Positions 18,591-28,194 of a stretch of DNA of 64,000 nt are shown in pieces; the first letter of the stretch is position 1, and the number at the start of each line of letters is the position of its first letter. The stretch covers positions 162,750-226,749 of the forward strand of contig NZ_FOMQ01000007.1 in NCBI RefSeq assembly GCF_900112675.1, given 5' to 3'. A program made the translations under genes and the position numbers. Below the pieces are notes generated by a model that saw only the letters and a list, made by a program, of their open reading frames with translations, made no database searches and was not told the DNA's origin. The stretch comes from Paracidovorax konjaci. Lineage in GTDB: Bacteria > Pseudomonadota > Gammaproteobacteria > Burkholderiales > Burkholderiaceae_C.

Positions 18591-19907
18591 ATGACCTCCT
18601 CCCCCACCACGCCCTCCGCCGCCGCGCAGACACCGCGCCCCCTGGACATCGTGATCGCCGGCGGCGGCATCGGCGGCCTGGCCGCCGCGCTGGCGCTGCA
18701 CGAACAGGGGCACCGGGTCACTGTCTGCGAAGCCGCCGCGCGGCCCCAGCCGCTGGGCGTGGGCATCAACCTGCTGCCGCATGCCGTGGAGGTGCTGGAC
18801 AGCGTGGGCCTGCTGCCCGCGCTGGACGGCATGGCCGTGCGCACGCGGGCGCTGGTGTTCGCCAACCGCCACGGCCAGCCGATCTACGAAGACCTGCGTG
18901 GCGCGGAAGCGGGCTACAGCCACCCGCAGTTCAGCGTGCACCGCGGCGACCTGCAGATGCTGCTGTGGAACACCTGCCTGCAGCGGCTGGGCGCGCACCA
19001 GGTGCGTGCCGGCATCCGCGTCACGGGCTGCGTGCAGGAGGCAGATGGGCGCGTGCTGGCGCAGGCCGATCTGGCGGACGGCGGCACGGCCGCGCTGCGC
19101 TGCGATCTGCTGATCGGCGCGGACGGCATCCACTCGGCCCTGCGGCGGCAGTTCCATCCCCGCGAGGGCGCTCCGCGATGGAACGGCATGATGATGTGGC
19201 GCGGCACCACCTGGGCCCGGCCCTTCCTGGACGGGCGCACCATGGTGCAGGCGGGCCACCGCCGCGCGAAGTTCGTGGTCTACCCCATCGCCCCGCCGCG
19301 CGCGGACGGCCTGCAGCTCATCAACTGGGTGGCCGACCGCCGGTTGCGCGAGGACGGCTTCGGCGGCGGCCTGGAGGCGCCCGGCCGCGAGGACTGGAGC
19401 CGCCCGGGCTCGGTGGACGACCTGCTGCCCACCTTCGGCAACTGGCGCTTCGGCTTCGTGGACGTGCCCGGGCTCATCGCTGGCGCCACCCAGATCCTCG
19501 AATGGCCCATGGTGGACCGCGATCCGCTGCCGCGATGGCGCCAGGGCCGGGGCGTGACGCTGCTGGGCGATGCCGCGCACCCGATGTACCCGATCGGCTC
19601 CAACGGCGCCACCCAGGCGCTGCTGGATGCGCGCGCGATAGCCGATGCGCTGGCCCGGCACCCGCACGACCTGCCCGCGGCCCTCGACGCCTACGAAGCC
19701 GGCCGCCGCCCGATGACGGCGCGCATCGTGGAACTCAACCGTGCCGAAGGGCTGGACGCCATCCTCGACATGGTGGAAGAGCGTGCGCCCGAGGGCTTCG
19801 AGCGCATCGGGGACGTGCTCGACCCGGCCGTGCTCGCCGGCTGGGTGCGCGACTACAAGACGGCGGCCGGGCACCGGCAGGCCGCACCCCGCGCGGCAGC
19901 GGGCTGA
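18591..19907 (+). CDS. FAD-dependent aromatic-ring monooxygenase (salicylate/3-hydroxybenzoate hydroxylase-like)
   Basis: GxGxxG FAD motif LDIVIAGGGIGGLAAALAL, a DG motif LLIGADGIHSALR, and a C-terminal FAD-binding GD motif LLGDAAHPMYPIGSNGA. Confidence 0.85.
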   Translation: MTSSPTTPSAAAQTPRPLDIVIAGGGIGGLAAALALHEQGHRVTVCEAAARPQPLGVGINLLPHAVEVLDSVGLLPALDGMAVRTRALVFANRHGQPIYEDLRGAEAGYSHPQFSVHRGDLQMLLWNTCLQRLGAHQVRAGIRVTGCVQEADGRVLAQADLADGGTAALRCDLLIGADGIHSALRRQFHPREGAPRWNGMMMWRGTTWARPFLDGRTMVQAGHRRAKFVVYPIAPPRADGLQLINWVADRRLREDGFGGGLEAPGREDWSRPGSVDDLLPTFGNWRFGFVDVPGLIAGATQILEWPMVDRDPLPRWRQGRGVTLLGDAAHPMYPIGSNGATQALLDARAIADALARHPHDLPAALDAYEAGRRPMTARIVELNRAEGLDAILDMVEERAPEGFERIGDVLDPAVLAGWVRDYKTAAGHRQAAPRAAAG

Positions 19908-19971
19908 TCCGGCCGCCGGGCCGGGAAGGCCCCTCTCCCGCAGCGGGAGGGCCGCTGCCGATAATCGCCCG

Positions 19972-21645
19972 ATGCCCCGCCCCTCCCAACAACTCCATCC
20001 CCACCGCGAACCCGCCGCCACCCGCGCGGCGGCGACCGTGCTGCTGCTGCGCGATGCGCCCGGCGGCACGGGCCTCGAAGTGCTCATGACGCGGCGCTCG
20101 CCGCAGGCCAGCTTCGCGCCGGGCGCCTACGTTTTCCCCGGCGGCGCCATCGATGCACTGGACGGCGAGCCCGCCACGCAGGCCCTGGCCGACCGACGCC
20201 CCGCGCAGACGCACGAACGCACCACCCAGGCGATCGCGGCCATCCGCGAAAGCTTCGAAGAACTGGGCGTGCTGCTCGCGCGCCGCGCGGACGGCCGCTT
20301 TGCCGGGGCCGACGACATCGCCGCGCTCGACCGCGGCGCGCCCTTCGCCGCGCAGTGCGCCGCGCGCGGCCTGCGCCTCGCGGCCGATGCCGTGTTCCTG
20401 CTCGCGCACTGGACCGCCGACCGCGACCTGCCCAAGCGCTTCGACGTGCCGTTCCTGGTCGCGCGCATGCCCGAGGGGCAGGAGCCCGTGGCCGACGAGA
20501 CCGAGCAGTTCGAACCCGTGTGGCTGCGCCCGCAGGACGCACTGGACCGCCATGCGGCCGGGCAGTTCTTCATGATCTTCCCCACCATCCGCACGCTGGA
20601 GCGGCTGGCGGCGTTCGCCAGCGCCGATGCGGTGCTGGCCGCCGTGGCGCACGAGCAGCCGCTGTGGACGAGCTGCCCGCGCGCGGGCCTGCTCGGTGGG
20701 CGCGAGGCGCGCTACATGGAGCACGAGCCGCCCTACGGCGAACTCGCCCTGGTCTGCCCGGATGGGCAGATCGTGCACCCGCTCGACTGGCAGCCAGAGC
20801 GCCCGGTGGCGCTGCTGAAGAACCTGCAGCGCCTGACTGCGCCCAACCCCGGGGCGATGACCGGCCCGGGTACGAACAGCTACCTGGTGGGCGACCCGTC
20901 CACCGGCTACATCGCCATCGACCCCGGCCCGGCCGACGAGGCCCACCTCGAACGCCTCTGGCATGCCGCGGGCGGCGACATCCGCGCCATCGTCTGCACC
21001 CATTCCCATGCCGACCACGCCCCCGGCGCCGCGCCGCTCGCGGAGCGCGTGGCGGCCACGGGCCGTTCCCGGCCCTCCGTGCTGGGCCTGGCGTCGGCGC
21101 CCACCGCGCGTGCGGCCAGCCGCTTCGTGCCCGACCGGCCGCTGGCGGACGGAGAGCGCCTCACGCTCACCGGACACCGGCTGGAAGGCGATGTCACGCA
21201 CACCCTCGAAGTGGTGCACACGCCCGGCCACGCGGCCAACCACCTCTGCCTGCTGCTGCGGGAGGACGGCCTGCTCTTCAGCGGCGACCACATCCTGAAC
21301 GGCAGCACCACCGTGATCGACCCACCCGACGGCAACATGGACGACTACCTCGCATCGCTCGACCGGCTGGACGCGCTCTGCGCGCAGCATGGCGCCGAAT
21401 TCATCCTGCCGGCGCACGGATACGCGCTGGCCGACGCGCGCGGCGCCATCGCCCGGCTGAAGGCCCACCGCATGGCGCGCGAGTCGAAGGTGCTGGCGGC
21501 CATGCAGGCGCTGCCGGAAGGCAGCATGGACGACTGGGTCCGGCAGGCCTATGCCGATGTGCCCGAGCGCCTGTGGCCCGTGGCGCAGCGTTCGCTGCTG
21601 GCGCATGTGGAGCGCATCCGCGCGATGGAGGCAGGCCATGCGTGA
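19972..21645 (+). CDS. Fusion protein: N-terminal Nudix hydrolase domain plus C-terminal MBL-fold metallo-hydrolase
   Basis: N-terminus with Nudix-box-like AAIRESFEELGVLLA. C-terminus with the beta-lactamase-fold motif CTHSHADH plus downstream His/Asp ligands. Start trimmed to MPRPSQQ at 19972. Confidence 0.75.
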   Translation: MPRPSQQLHPHREPAATRAAATVLLLRDAPGGTGLEVLMTRRSPQASFAPGAYVFPGGAIDALDGEPATQALADRRPAQTHERTTQAIAAIRESFEELGVLLARRADGRFAGADDIAALDRGAPFAAQCAARGLRLAADAVFLLAHWTADRDLPKRFDVPFLVARMPEGQEPVADETEQFEPVWLRPQDALDRHAAGQFFMIFPTIRTLERLAAFASADAVLAAVAHEQPLWTSCPRAGLLGGREARYMEHEPPYGELALVCPDGQIVHPLDWQPERPVALLKNLQRLTAPNPGAMTGPGTNSYLVGDPSTGYIAIDPGPADEAHLERLWHAAGGDIRAIVCTHSHADHAPGAAPLAERVAATGRSRPSVLGLASAPTARAASRFVPDRPLADGERLTLTGHRLEGDVTHTLEVVHTPGHAANHLCLLLREDGLLFSGDHILNGSTTVIDPPDGNMDDYLASLDRLDALCAQHGAEFILPAHGYALADARGAIARLKAHRMARESKVLAAMQALPEGSMDDWVRQAYADVPERLWPVAQRSLLAHVERIRAMEAGHA

Positions 21646-21682
21646 ACACCAGGATGGAACCGGGGGCGCCGACGGGGACAGC

Positions 21683-22438
21683 ATGCGCCTGGCCAAGCGC
21701 GTGGCGGAGCTGCAGGGCTGCTCGCGCCGCGAAGCCGAATGGCTGGTCGAGGGCGGCTCTGTGCAGGTCGATGGGCAGGTGAGCGAACTGCCGGGCGCGC
21801 GCGTTCGGCCGGACCAGGCCATCGTGGTCGCCGCCGGCGCCCGGGCGCAGGAGATTCCGCCCGTCACGCTGCTGCTGCACAAGCCGGCGGGCTGGGAAGC
21901 CGGCCTCGGCCAGGGCCCCGCCGGCGATCCGCGGCATGCCCGCGGCAGCGGGGCGCCCGATGCCGTCGCGCTGCTGGAGCCCGCCGCGCGGTATGCCGGC
22001 GACAGCCCGCCGGTGCGCGTGCTGCAGCGGCACTTCCGCCAACTGGAATGCTTCACGCCGCTCGCCTCCGCGGCCAGCGGGCTCGTGGTCTTCACGCAGG
22101 ACCGCCGCATGGCCCGGCGTCTGGAGGAAGACATCGAGACGCTGGAGCAGGAATGCGTCGTGACGGTGGAAGGCCGCATCGCCGAAGGCGGCCTCGCACG
22201 GCTGTGCCAGGGGCTGGAATTCAACGGCCGCCCCCTTCCGCCGGCCAAGGTGAGCTGGCAGAGCGAGACCCGGCTGCGCTTTGCGGCGAAGGGCATCCGC
22301 CCCGGGCAGATTCCCGCCATGTGCGAGGCCGTGGGGCTGCGCGTCACCGCCCTCAAACGCCTGCGCATCGGGCGCGTTGCGCTCGCCAAGCTGCCCGAGG
22401 GGCAATGGCGCTATCTGCTGCCCTGGGAACGGTTCTGA
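21683..22438 (+). CDS. Pseudouridine synthase (RsuA/RluB/RluF-type) with an N-terminal S4 domain
   Basis: MRLAKRVAELQGCSRREAEWLVEGGSVQVDGQ (S4 domain) followed by a pseudouridine-synthase catalytic core. An alternative start at 21638 overlaps the stop of the previous gene. Confidence 0.75.
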   Translation: MRLAKRVAELQGCSRREAEWLVEGGSVQVDGQVSELPGARVRPDQAIVVAAGARAQEIPPVTLLLHKPAGWEAGLGQGPAGDPRHARGSGAPDAVALLEPAARYAGDSPPVRVLQRHFRQLECFTPLASAASGLVVFTQDRRMARRLEEDIETLEQECVVTVEGRIAEGGLARLCQGLEFNGRPLPPAKVSWQSETRLRFAAKGIRPGQIPAMCEAVGLRVTALKRLRIGRVALAKLPEGQWRYLLPWERF

Positions 22439-22572
22439 GCCGCGGTGCCGGCATTCGCTATCAAAACGATAGCTGCCTGCGCCCGCAGGATGGCGGCTGT
22501 GCGGCCGCGCAACGCCATCCTGCGCGGCCGTGCTGCGCTACACTGCCCGGCTCTTCGAGGGGGGTCAATTCC

Positions 22573-23814
22573 ATGGATCAACGCGTCGAGCCCCATCCGG
22601 GCCGCATGTCGTCATCGTTCGCATCGCACGGCATCGAGCCGCATCCGCTCCGGTTCACGGGCAGCGGTGGCGAATATTTCCGCGTCTGGATCGTCAACGT
22701 GCTGCTGGGCATCGTCACGCTGGGGCTCTACACGCCCTGGGCACGACGGCGCACCGCGCAGTATTTCTACGGCCACACCCTGGTGGCCGGCAGCCCGCTC
22801 GAATTCACGGGCCAGCAGCGGCGCATGGTGTTCGGCTTCCTGGTGCTGGTGGGCATCACGGCGGCCTACCAGATCGCCGCGCGCTCGGGGCAGGACACGG
22901 CCGTGGGCCTGTTCATCATCGCCGGCGCCCTGCTCTCGCCGCTCATCTGGGGCAGCGCGATGCGCTTCCGGCTCGGCAACACGCGCTGGCGCGGCCTGCG
23001 CCTGCAGTTCACCGCGAATTGGCGCCAGGTCTATGCCGCCAGCTGGCCGGTGTTCGCCATCGCGGCCGTGTGGCTGGTGGCCGTTTTCGGCCTGCGCGCC
23101 ATTGCGCCGGAGGCGCAGATCGGCCCCTCGGGCCGCAAGCTTCCGCAGGTCACCGGCGCCATGTGGGGCCTGATCGCCGTGGCGCTGGCGATCACGGTGC
23201 TGTGCTTCATCCGGCTCGAATACAACTACCGCAGCATGCTGGTGCTGCATTCCCGCCTGGGCAGCGAGCCGGGGCGCTGGAAGCCGGTGTACATGGATTT
23301 CGTGAAGGTATGGCTCGCCACGGTGGCGGTGTTCATCCTCTCCGTGCTGCTGATCGGCGCCGTGCTCGGCGTGGCCTTCGGCGGCTCGTGGATGCTGATC
23401 GCCGGCAAGGTGCAGCGCCTCGGGATGTGGCTGTTCGTGTTCATCGTCGCCGGCATCTTCCTCTTCGGCTTCCTGATGCTGCTGGCCTCCGCGCCGGCCC
23501 GCGCCTACCGCGAGGCCCGCATGTTCCAGCTCACCTGGGACCAGATCGGCGTGAGCCGCATGGCCCGCTTCAAATGCAACCTGCGCGCGGGCCGTTTCGT
23601 GGGGCTGAGGATCAAGAACCTCTTCCTCACGCTGCTCACGCTCGGCTTCTACCGGCCCTTCGCCCGCGTGAGCGAATACCGCATGAAGCTCGAATCCGTC
23701 ACGCTGCACGTCAAGGGCGGCGTGGACCAGGTCACGGGCCAGCTCGTGCGGCAGCAACAGAGCGGCGTGGGCGACGCCCTGGCGGACGCTGCGGGGCTGG
23801 ACCTCATCGGCTGA
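22573..23814 (+). CDS. DUF898 (YjgN-like) inner-membrane protein
   Basis: FTGSGGEYFRVWIVNVLLGIVTLGLYTPWARRRTAQYFYGHT is the DUF898 hallmark. Multiple TM helices, duplicated architecture. Confidence 0.75.
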   Translation: MDQRVEPHPGRMSSSFASHGIEPHPLRFTGSGGEYFRVWIVNVLLGIVTLGLYTPWARRRTAQYFYGHTLVAGSPLEFTGQQRRMVFGFLVLVGITAAYQIAARSGQDTAVGLFIIAGALLSPLIWGSAMRFRLGNTRWRGLRLQFTANWRQVYAASWPVFAIAAVWLVAVFGLRAIAPEAQIGPSGRKLPQVTGAMWGLIAVALAITVLCFIRLEYNYRSMLVLHSRLGSEPGRWKPVYMDFVKVWLATVAVFILSVLLIGAVLGVAFGGSWMLIAGKVQRLGMWLFVFIVAGIFLFGFLMLLASAPARAYREARMFQLTWDQIGVSRMARFKCNLRAGRFVGLRIKNLFLTLLTLGFYRPFARVSEYRMKLESVTLHVKGGVDQVTGQLVRQQQSGVGDALADAAGLDLIG

Positions 23815-23832
23815 ACGGCCACGCCCGCTCCC

Positions 23833-25080
23833 ATGGCGCACCCGTCCCCGCCCGCTTCCCACGCCCGCACCGATGACGCCGGGGGGCCGGCGCTTCCGGT
23901 GCCCGCGCGCTGGTTCGACGGGCGCGGCAGCCAGGGCCAGGCCGTGCTGGCAGCCATCGCTCCCGGCCCCCGCGGCCCCACGCTCGCACTGCACCCGGTG
24001 GGCCAGCCCGCAGCGGCGACGGAGCGTTTCGCACACGGCGCGGTGGACTGGCCGGAGCCCTGGAACCCCCGCCGCCCGCCCCCGCGGCTGGTGGTGGACC
24101 TGGGCGACCGCGGCAGCCTCGAAGTCGCGGGCGATGCCGTCGCCCGCTGGCACGAAGCCCTGCAGGCGGCGGGCCACCGCGCCGGCATCGCGCAGCGCAT
24201 GCAGACCCGCTGGCCGGCGTTCGTCGCGGTGCTGCTCGCCTCCGTGCTGGCGCTCGTGCTCTTCTACCGGTACGGCACGCCGTGGCTCGCAACGCAGCTC
24301 ACGCGGCACGTTCCCCTGGCCTGGGAAACCACGCTCTCGCAGGAGACGCTGGAACGCATGGACCACGGCACCCTGAAGCCCTCGCGCCTGGCGCGGGAGC
24401 GCCAGGACCAGTTGCGCGCACGCTTTGATGCGCTCGTGCGGGGGATGCCGGCCTCGCTGCAGCGCTATCCGGGCTATGCGCCCGCGCTGCGGCTCGAATT
24501 CCGCCGCGGGCTCGGCGCCAATGCCCTGGCCCTGCCGGGAGGCACCGTGGTGATGACCGACGGCCTCGCCGAAACCGCTCAGCGCATCGGGCTTGGAGAC
24601 GACGCGCTGATGGGCGTGCTCGCGCACGAGGTGGGCCATGTCGTGCACCGCCACACCACGCGCACGGTGGTCGAGCAGGGCGTGCTCAACGTGGGGCTGG
24701 GGTTGGCGCTGGGCGATGTGTCGAGCCTGGTGTCGATGGGCGGTGCCATGCTCACCGGCTTCGCGTACAGCCGCGCGCACGAACGCGAGGCCGACTGCCA
24801 TGCCATCGCGCTCATGGCCCATGCCGGCCTGCCGACGGCGCCCATGGCGGATCTGCTGCTCGCCGTATCGCACGACGCGCAAGAGGCCGCCGGAACCGGC
24901 ACCGATGCCAAGGACGGCGCGAAGCAACCCCCACGGGAGCGCGCCAGCGGCGCATCGGCGGCGCGCGCCGCGCCCACGGACGACACCGGCCTGCTCGCCT
25001 TGCTGGCCACGCACCCCGGCACGCAGGAGCGCGCCGAACAGTTGCGGGCGGGCCGCGCCCCACACTGCGCGCGGCCATGA
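23833..25080 (+). CDS. M48-family zinc metallopeptidase
   Basis: HEVGHVVHRH zincin motif, downstream E ligand, and an N-terminal TM segment. Immediately follows the DUF898 gene. Confidence 0.8.
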   Translation: MAHPSPPASHARTDDAGGPALPVPARWFDGRGSQGQAVLAAIAPGPRGPTLALHPVGQPAAATERFAHGAVDWPEPWNPRRPPPRLVVDLGDRGSLEVAGDAVARWHEALQAAGHRAGIAQRMQTRWPAFVAVLLASVLALVLFYRYGTPWLATQLTRHVPLAWETTLSQETLERMDHGTLKPSRLARERQDQLRARFDALVRGMPASLQRYPGYAPALRLEFRRGLGANALALPGGTVVMTDGLAETAQRIGLGDDALMGVLAHEVGHVVHRHTTRTVVEQGVLNVGLGLALGDVSSLVSMGGAMLTGFAYSRAHEREADCHAIALMAHAGLPTAPMADLLLAVSHDAQEAAGTGTDAKDGAKQPPRERASGASAARAAPTDDTGLLALLATHPGTQERAEQLRAGRAPHCARP

Positions 25081-25127
25081 AAAACGGCCCGTGCCCGCGC
25101 GGCAGCGGGACAGGCCGTGATGGAACC

Positions 25128-25474
25128 CCAAAGTGTGAAGCGCGCCGATAAGCCGGATTCTGTGCATGCGGTCGCCCGCATGTGACCGCCATTACTCTGG
25201 GCCGGGGGTCGCCCACCCGGCTCGATGCTACCTACCCGCCAGCTCCGCGGAACCACGTCAACGCTGGCCTACTTGGTATTGCTGCGCGTAGAGATTGCCC
25301 GTTTCACCCCGGCTGGTCTACCTTGCGGTACTCCCGCCGGACTCGTCTCTGTTGCTCTGATCCTCACCTCGCGGTGGACAGCCGTTAGCTGCTACGCCGT
25401 CCTGTGCAGTCCGGACGTTCCTCCAGTGCCTGGTTTCCCAGATCGCACCAGCGGCGGTCTGGCGCGCTTCACGG
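25128..25474 (-). ncRNA. rnpB: RNase P RNA (bacterial type A)
   Basis: Reverse complement contains GGAGGAACGTCCGGACTGCACAGG (P4 5' strand region, cf. GGAAAGTCCGGGCT), ...ACAGAATCCGGCTTATCGG... (P4 3' strand) and complementary P1 ends CGTGAAGCGCGCC / GGCGCGCTTCACA. Length is about 347 nt. Confidence 0.8.
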
Positions 25475-25512
25475 GCGGGATTATCCCCCAGCCCGGGGGG
25501 CGCCCGCAGGAT

Positions 25513-25857
25513 TCAGCCGGCCCCGGGCTTGCGGCCCCGCGTTGCCGGCCTGGCCAGAACGCTCGCGCCGTATTCGGTCCACCAGCGCGTGAGCGCTTCC
25601 ATCGTGGGGCCGAGCCCGCGGGCCTTGGCGGTGATCGCGTACTCCACGCGCGGAGGCACTTCGGCGAAAACGGTGCGCGACACCAGGCCATCGGCCTCCA
25701 GCTCCCGCAATTGCGCCGTCAGCATGTGCTGGGTGATGCCCGGGATGGCCTTGCGCAGCTCGCCGAAGCGGTAGACCCGCTGGTTGAGCAGCCACATGAT
25801 TTCGAGCTTCCATTTGCCGGAAAGCAGCGCGAATGCCCTGCGCATCTGCTCGTGCAT
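25513..25857 (-). CDS. HxlR-family winged-helix transcriptional regulator
   Basis: LSGKWKLEIMWLLNQRVYRFGELRKAIPGITQHMLTAQLRELEADGLVSRTVFAEVPPRVEYAIT is a typical HxlR/YtcD core. Confidence 0.75.
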   Translation of the reverse strand: MHEQMRRAFALLSGKWKLEIMWLLNQRVYRFGELRKAIPGITQHMLTAQLRELEADGLVSRTVFAEVPPRVEYAITAKARGLGPTMEALTRWWTEYGASVLARPATRGRKPGAG

Positions 25858-25954
25858 GTTGCCCGCGAGCATCCGCTCGGCGCCAGGGATCAGCGCCGGC
25901 TGAGCCGCACGAGGCATCGCCCACCGAGCAGGGCGGGCGGCAGCGGTGGATTCC

Positions 25955-27736
25955 TCAGAAGGTTTCCCATTCGCCGTTGTCCTTGCTCGCCTGGCTGCTG
26001 GCCGCCGCCTTCGGTGCATTCGCAGAGGCGAGCGCGGGCCGCGGTGCTGCGGCAGGCCGCGGCAGCGGGGCCGGCGCGGGGCGCTTGCCCGCCTGCGCCG
26101 GGAGTGCCCGGGCCTGCGGCCGGGCAGCGCCGGGCACTGCCGCGGCAGGCGGCCGTGGCGCGGCGGGTGCCGCGTCGTCGATCTTGAACACGTCCACGGC
26201 CGCGACCAGTTGCTTGACCTGCAGGTTGAGGCTGTCGGCGGCGGCGGCAGACTCTTCCACCAGCGCGGCATTCTGCTGCGTGACCTGGTCGATCTGCATC
26301 ACCGCTTCATTGATCTGGCTGAGCCCGGAGGTCTGCTCCTGCGTGGCCGACGTGATCTCCTGGATCAGGTTGCTGACCCTGCGGACCTGCCCGACGATGT
26401 CTTCCATGGAAGTGCCCGCCGCATTCACGAGCTGGCCTCCGTTGGCCACCTTCTCCACGCTGTCGTGGATCAGCGTCTTGATTTCCTTGGCGGCTTCGGC
26501 GCTCTTCTGGGCCAGGCTGCGCACCTCGCTCGCCACCACCGCGAAGCCGCGGCCCTGCTCACCGGCGCGCGCGGCTTCGACCGCGGCGTTGAGCGCCAGG
26601 ATGTTGGTCTGGAACGCGATGCCATCGATCACGCCGATGATGTCGGCGATCTTCTGGGAGGATGTGTTGATCTCCCCCATCATCGACACGACCTGCCCGA
26701 CCACCTCGCCGCCCCTCTGGGCGGCCTGGCTCGCAGACTGGGCCAGCTCCGCCGCCTGCCTTGCCGTGTCGGCACTGCTCATCACCGTGCTGGTCAGCTC
26801 TTCCATCGATGCCGCGGTTTCCTCCAGGTTGCTGGCCTGCTCTTCGGTCCGCTGGGACAGGTCGGCATTGCCCGTGGCGATCTGGGTGGCGCCCACGGCG
26901 ATGTTGCCGCTGCTGCTGCGGACCGTCCCCACCACTTCGCGCAACGAGGCCTGCATCCTCTGCATCGCGGAAACCACGCTGCCGGGCTTCGCGCGCGACA
27001 CGTCGATCGGGTAGGTGAGGTCTCCGCGCGCGATGGCGCCGGCCACCAGCGCCACGTCCGCCGGCTCGCCGCCCAACTGGCCGGTGAGACCGCGCGTCAG
27101 CAGGGCCCCGATGGCCACGCCCAGGATCACGCCGCCGACCGTGAGGCTGATCAGGATCAGGCGCACCCGCTGGTAGATCACGCTCGTCTGGTCGTTCAGT
27201 TCCTTGGCGTTGAGCTTCTTGCGGTCGACCAATTGCCCCAGCAGCTCATCGGCCTTGTCCGCGATCTGCCGGACCTCGTTGATTTTCAGCATGGAAGCGC
27301 GCGTGTTCGACAGATCCTCGGTCTGCAGCAGCGCCAGGACCGACTGCAGGCCGGCGTCGTAGGCCTGCACGGCCTGCTGGGTCTCCAGGACGCGGGCCCT
27401 GCCTTCGTCGGTGACGAAGAAGTTCCCGGTCTTGGCCAACTCCTCGTGCATGGCCTTCAGGCGCATCTGCACCGAGGCGATGTGCGCGCGCCGCTCGTCC
27501 TGCGTGACGGCCAGCACCGCGCTGCGGATCGCCCGGCTGGCACCGATCAACTGGATGTTGGCCTCGGAGGCGTGCGACAGGCCCGCGATCTCGCGGTCAT
27601 ACATGAGGTCGGCAAGGTCGTTGATCTCGCTGGAACGCAGGATCCCGGCGGTTCCGATCAGGGCACCGATCGCCGCCACGGCCAGAAACCCGGCGATGAG
27701 CTTGGTGCCTACCTTCAGTCGTTTGAACCATTCCAT
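25955..27736 (-). CDS. Methyl-accepting chemotaxis protein
   Basis: [23 protein letters not shown]... (TM1), sensor domain, TM2, HAMP, conserved signalling domain [34 protein letters not shown], and a C-terminal Pro/Ala-rich tail. Confidence 0.88.
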   Translation of the reverse strand: MEWFKRLKVGTKLIAGFLAVAAIGALIGTAGILRSSEINDLADLMYDREIAGLSHASEANIQLIGASRAIRSAVLAVTQDERRAHIASVQMRLKAMHEELAKTGNFFVTDEGRARVLETQQAVQAYDAGLQSVLALLQTEDLSNTRASMLKINEVRQIADKADELLGQLVDRKKLNAKELNDQTSVIYQRVRLILISLTVGGVILGVAIGALLTRGLTGQLGGEPADVALVAGAIARGDLTYPIDVSRAKPGSVVSAMQRMQASLREVVGTVRSSSGNIAVGATQIATGNADLSQRTEEQASNLEETAASMEELTSTVMSSADTARQAAELAQSASQAAQRGGEVVGQVVSMMGEINTSSQKIADIIGVIDGIAFQTNILALNAAVEAARAGEQGRGFAVVASEVRSLAQKSAEAAKEIKTLIHDSVEKVANGGQLVNAAGTSMEDIVGQVRRVSNLIQEITSATQEQTSGLSQINEAVMQIDQVTQQNAALVEESAAAADSLNLQVKQLVAAVDVFKIDDAAPAAPRPPAAAVPGAARPQARALPAQAGKRPAPAPLPRPAAAPRPALASANAPKAAASSQASKDNGEWETF

Positions 27737-27945
27737 TTTCTGGTTGCCTTGTTTGAAAGAGGTTGCTGTTGCAAGGGCACGCGGGCCTGCGTGCATGGGC
27801 AGTTGCCTGCCCGCTGGCGCCGCCCGGAGCGTCGAGTTCAGAGGTACGACAAGAAGAAGCGCGTCCCATCAGGGTGCGTTGACCGTGGCCCCTCCCACCA
27901 CCGGCTCTTCCATGATGTAACCAAGGATTTCAAATGCTAGCACCG

Positions 27946-27967
27946 AATGAAACTTATTCGTTTCATT
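27946..27967. other. Perfect 8-bp hairpin within an AT-rich intergenic island upstream of the MCP gene
   Basis: AATGAAAC-TTATTC-GTTTCATT, flanked by an A-run on the plus strand. Local GC is far below the window average. Confidence 0.3.
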
Positions 27968-28194
27968 AAAAACTGTCATGCGGAATTTGCGCAGAGAAAA
28001 CAACACGCCATACCGCCCTGTCGCGAAATGCCTGCGGACGGGCTCGGAAAAGAGCCCTGCCGCGCCGGCAAGAGACGGCGACGGCGAGGCAGGGACGCGG
28101 CGTCATATGTGCCTTTCGGCAAGGGGCGGTCACGGCCGGCAAGCCGCGCAGGAGGGCAGGCGCAGCGACCCGTCCGCCGGCCGCGGAGGCAGGC

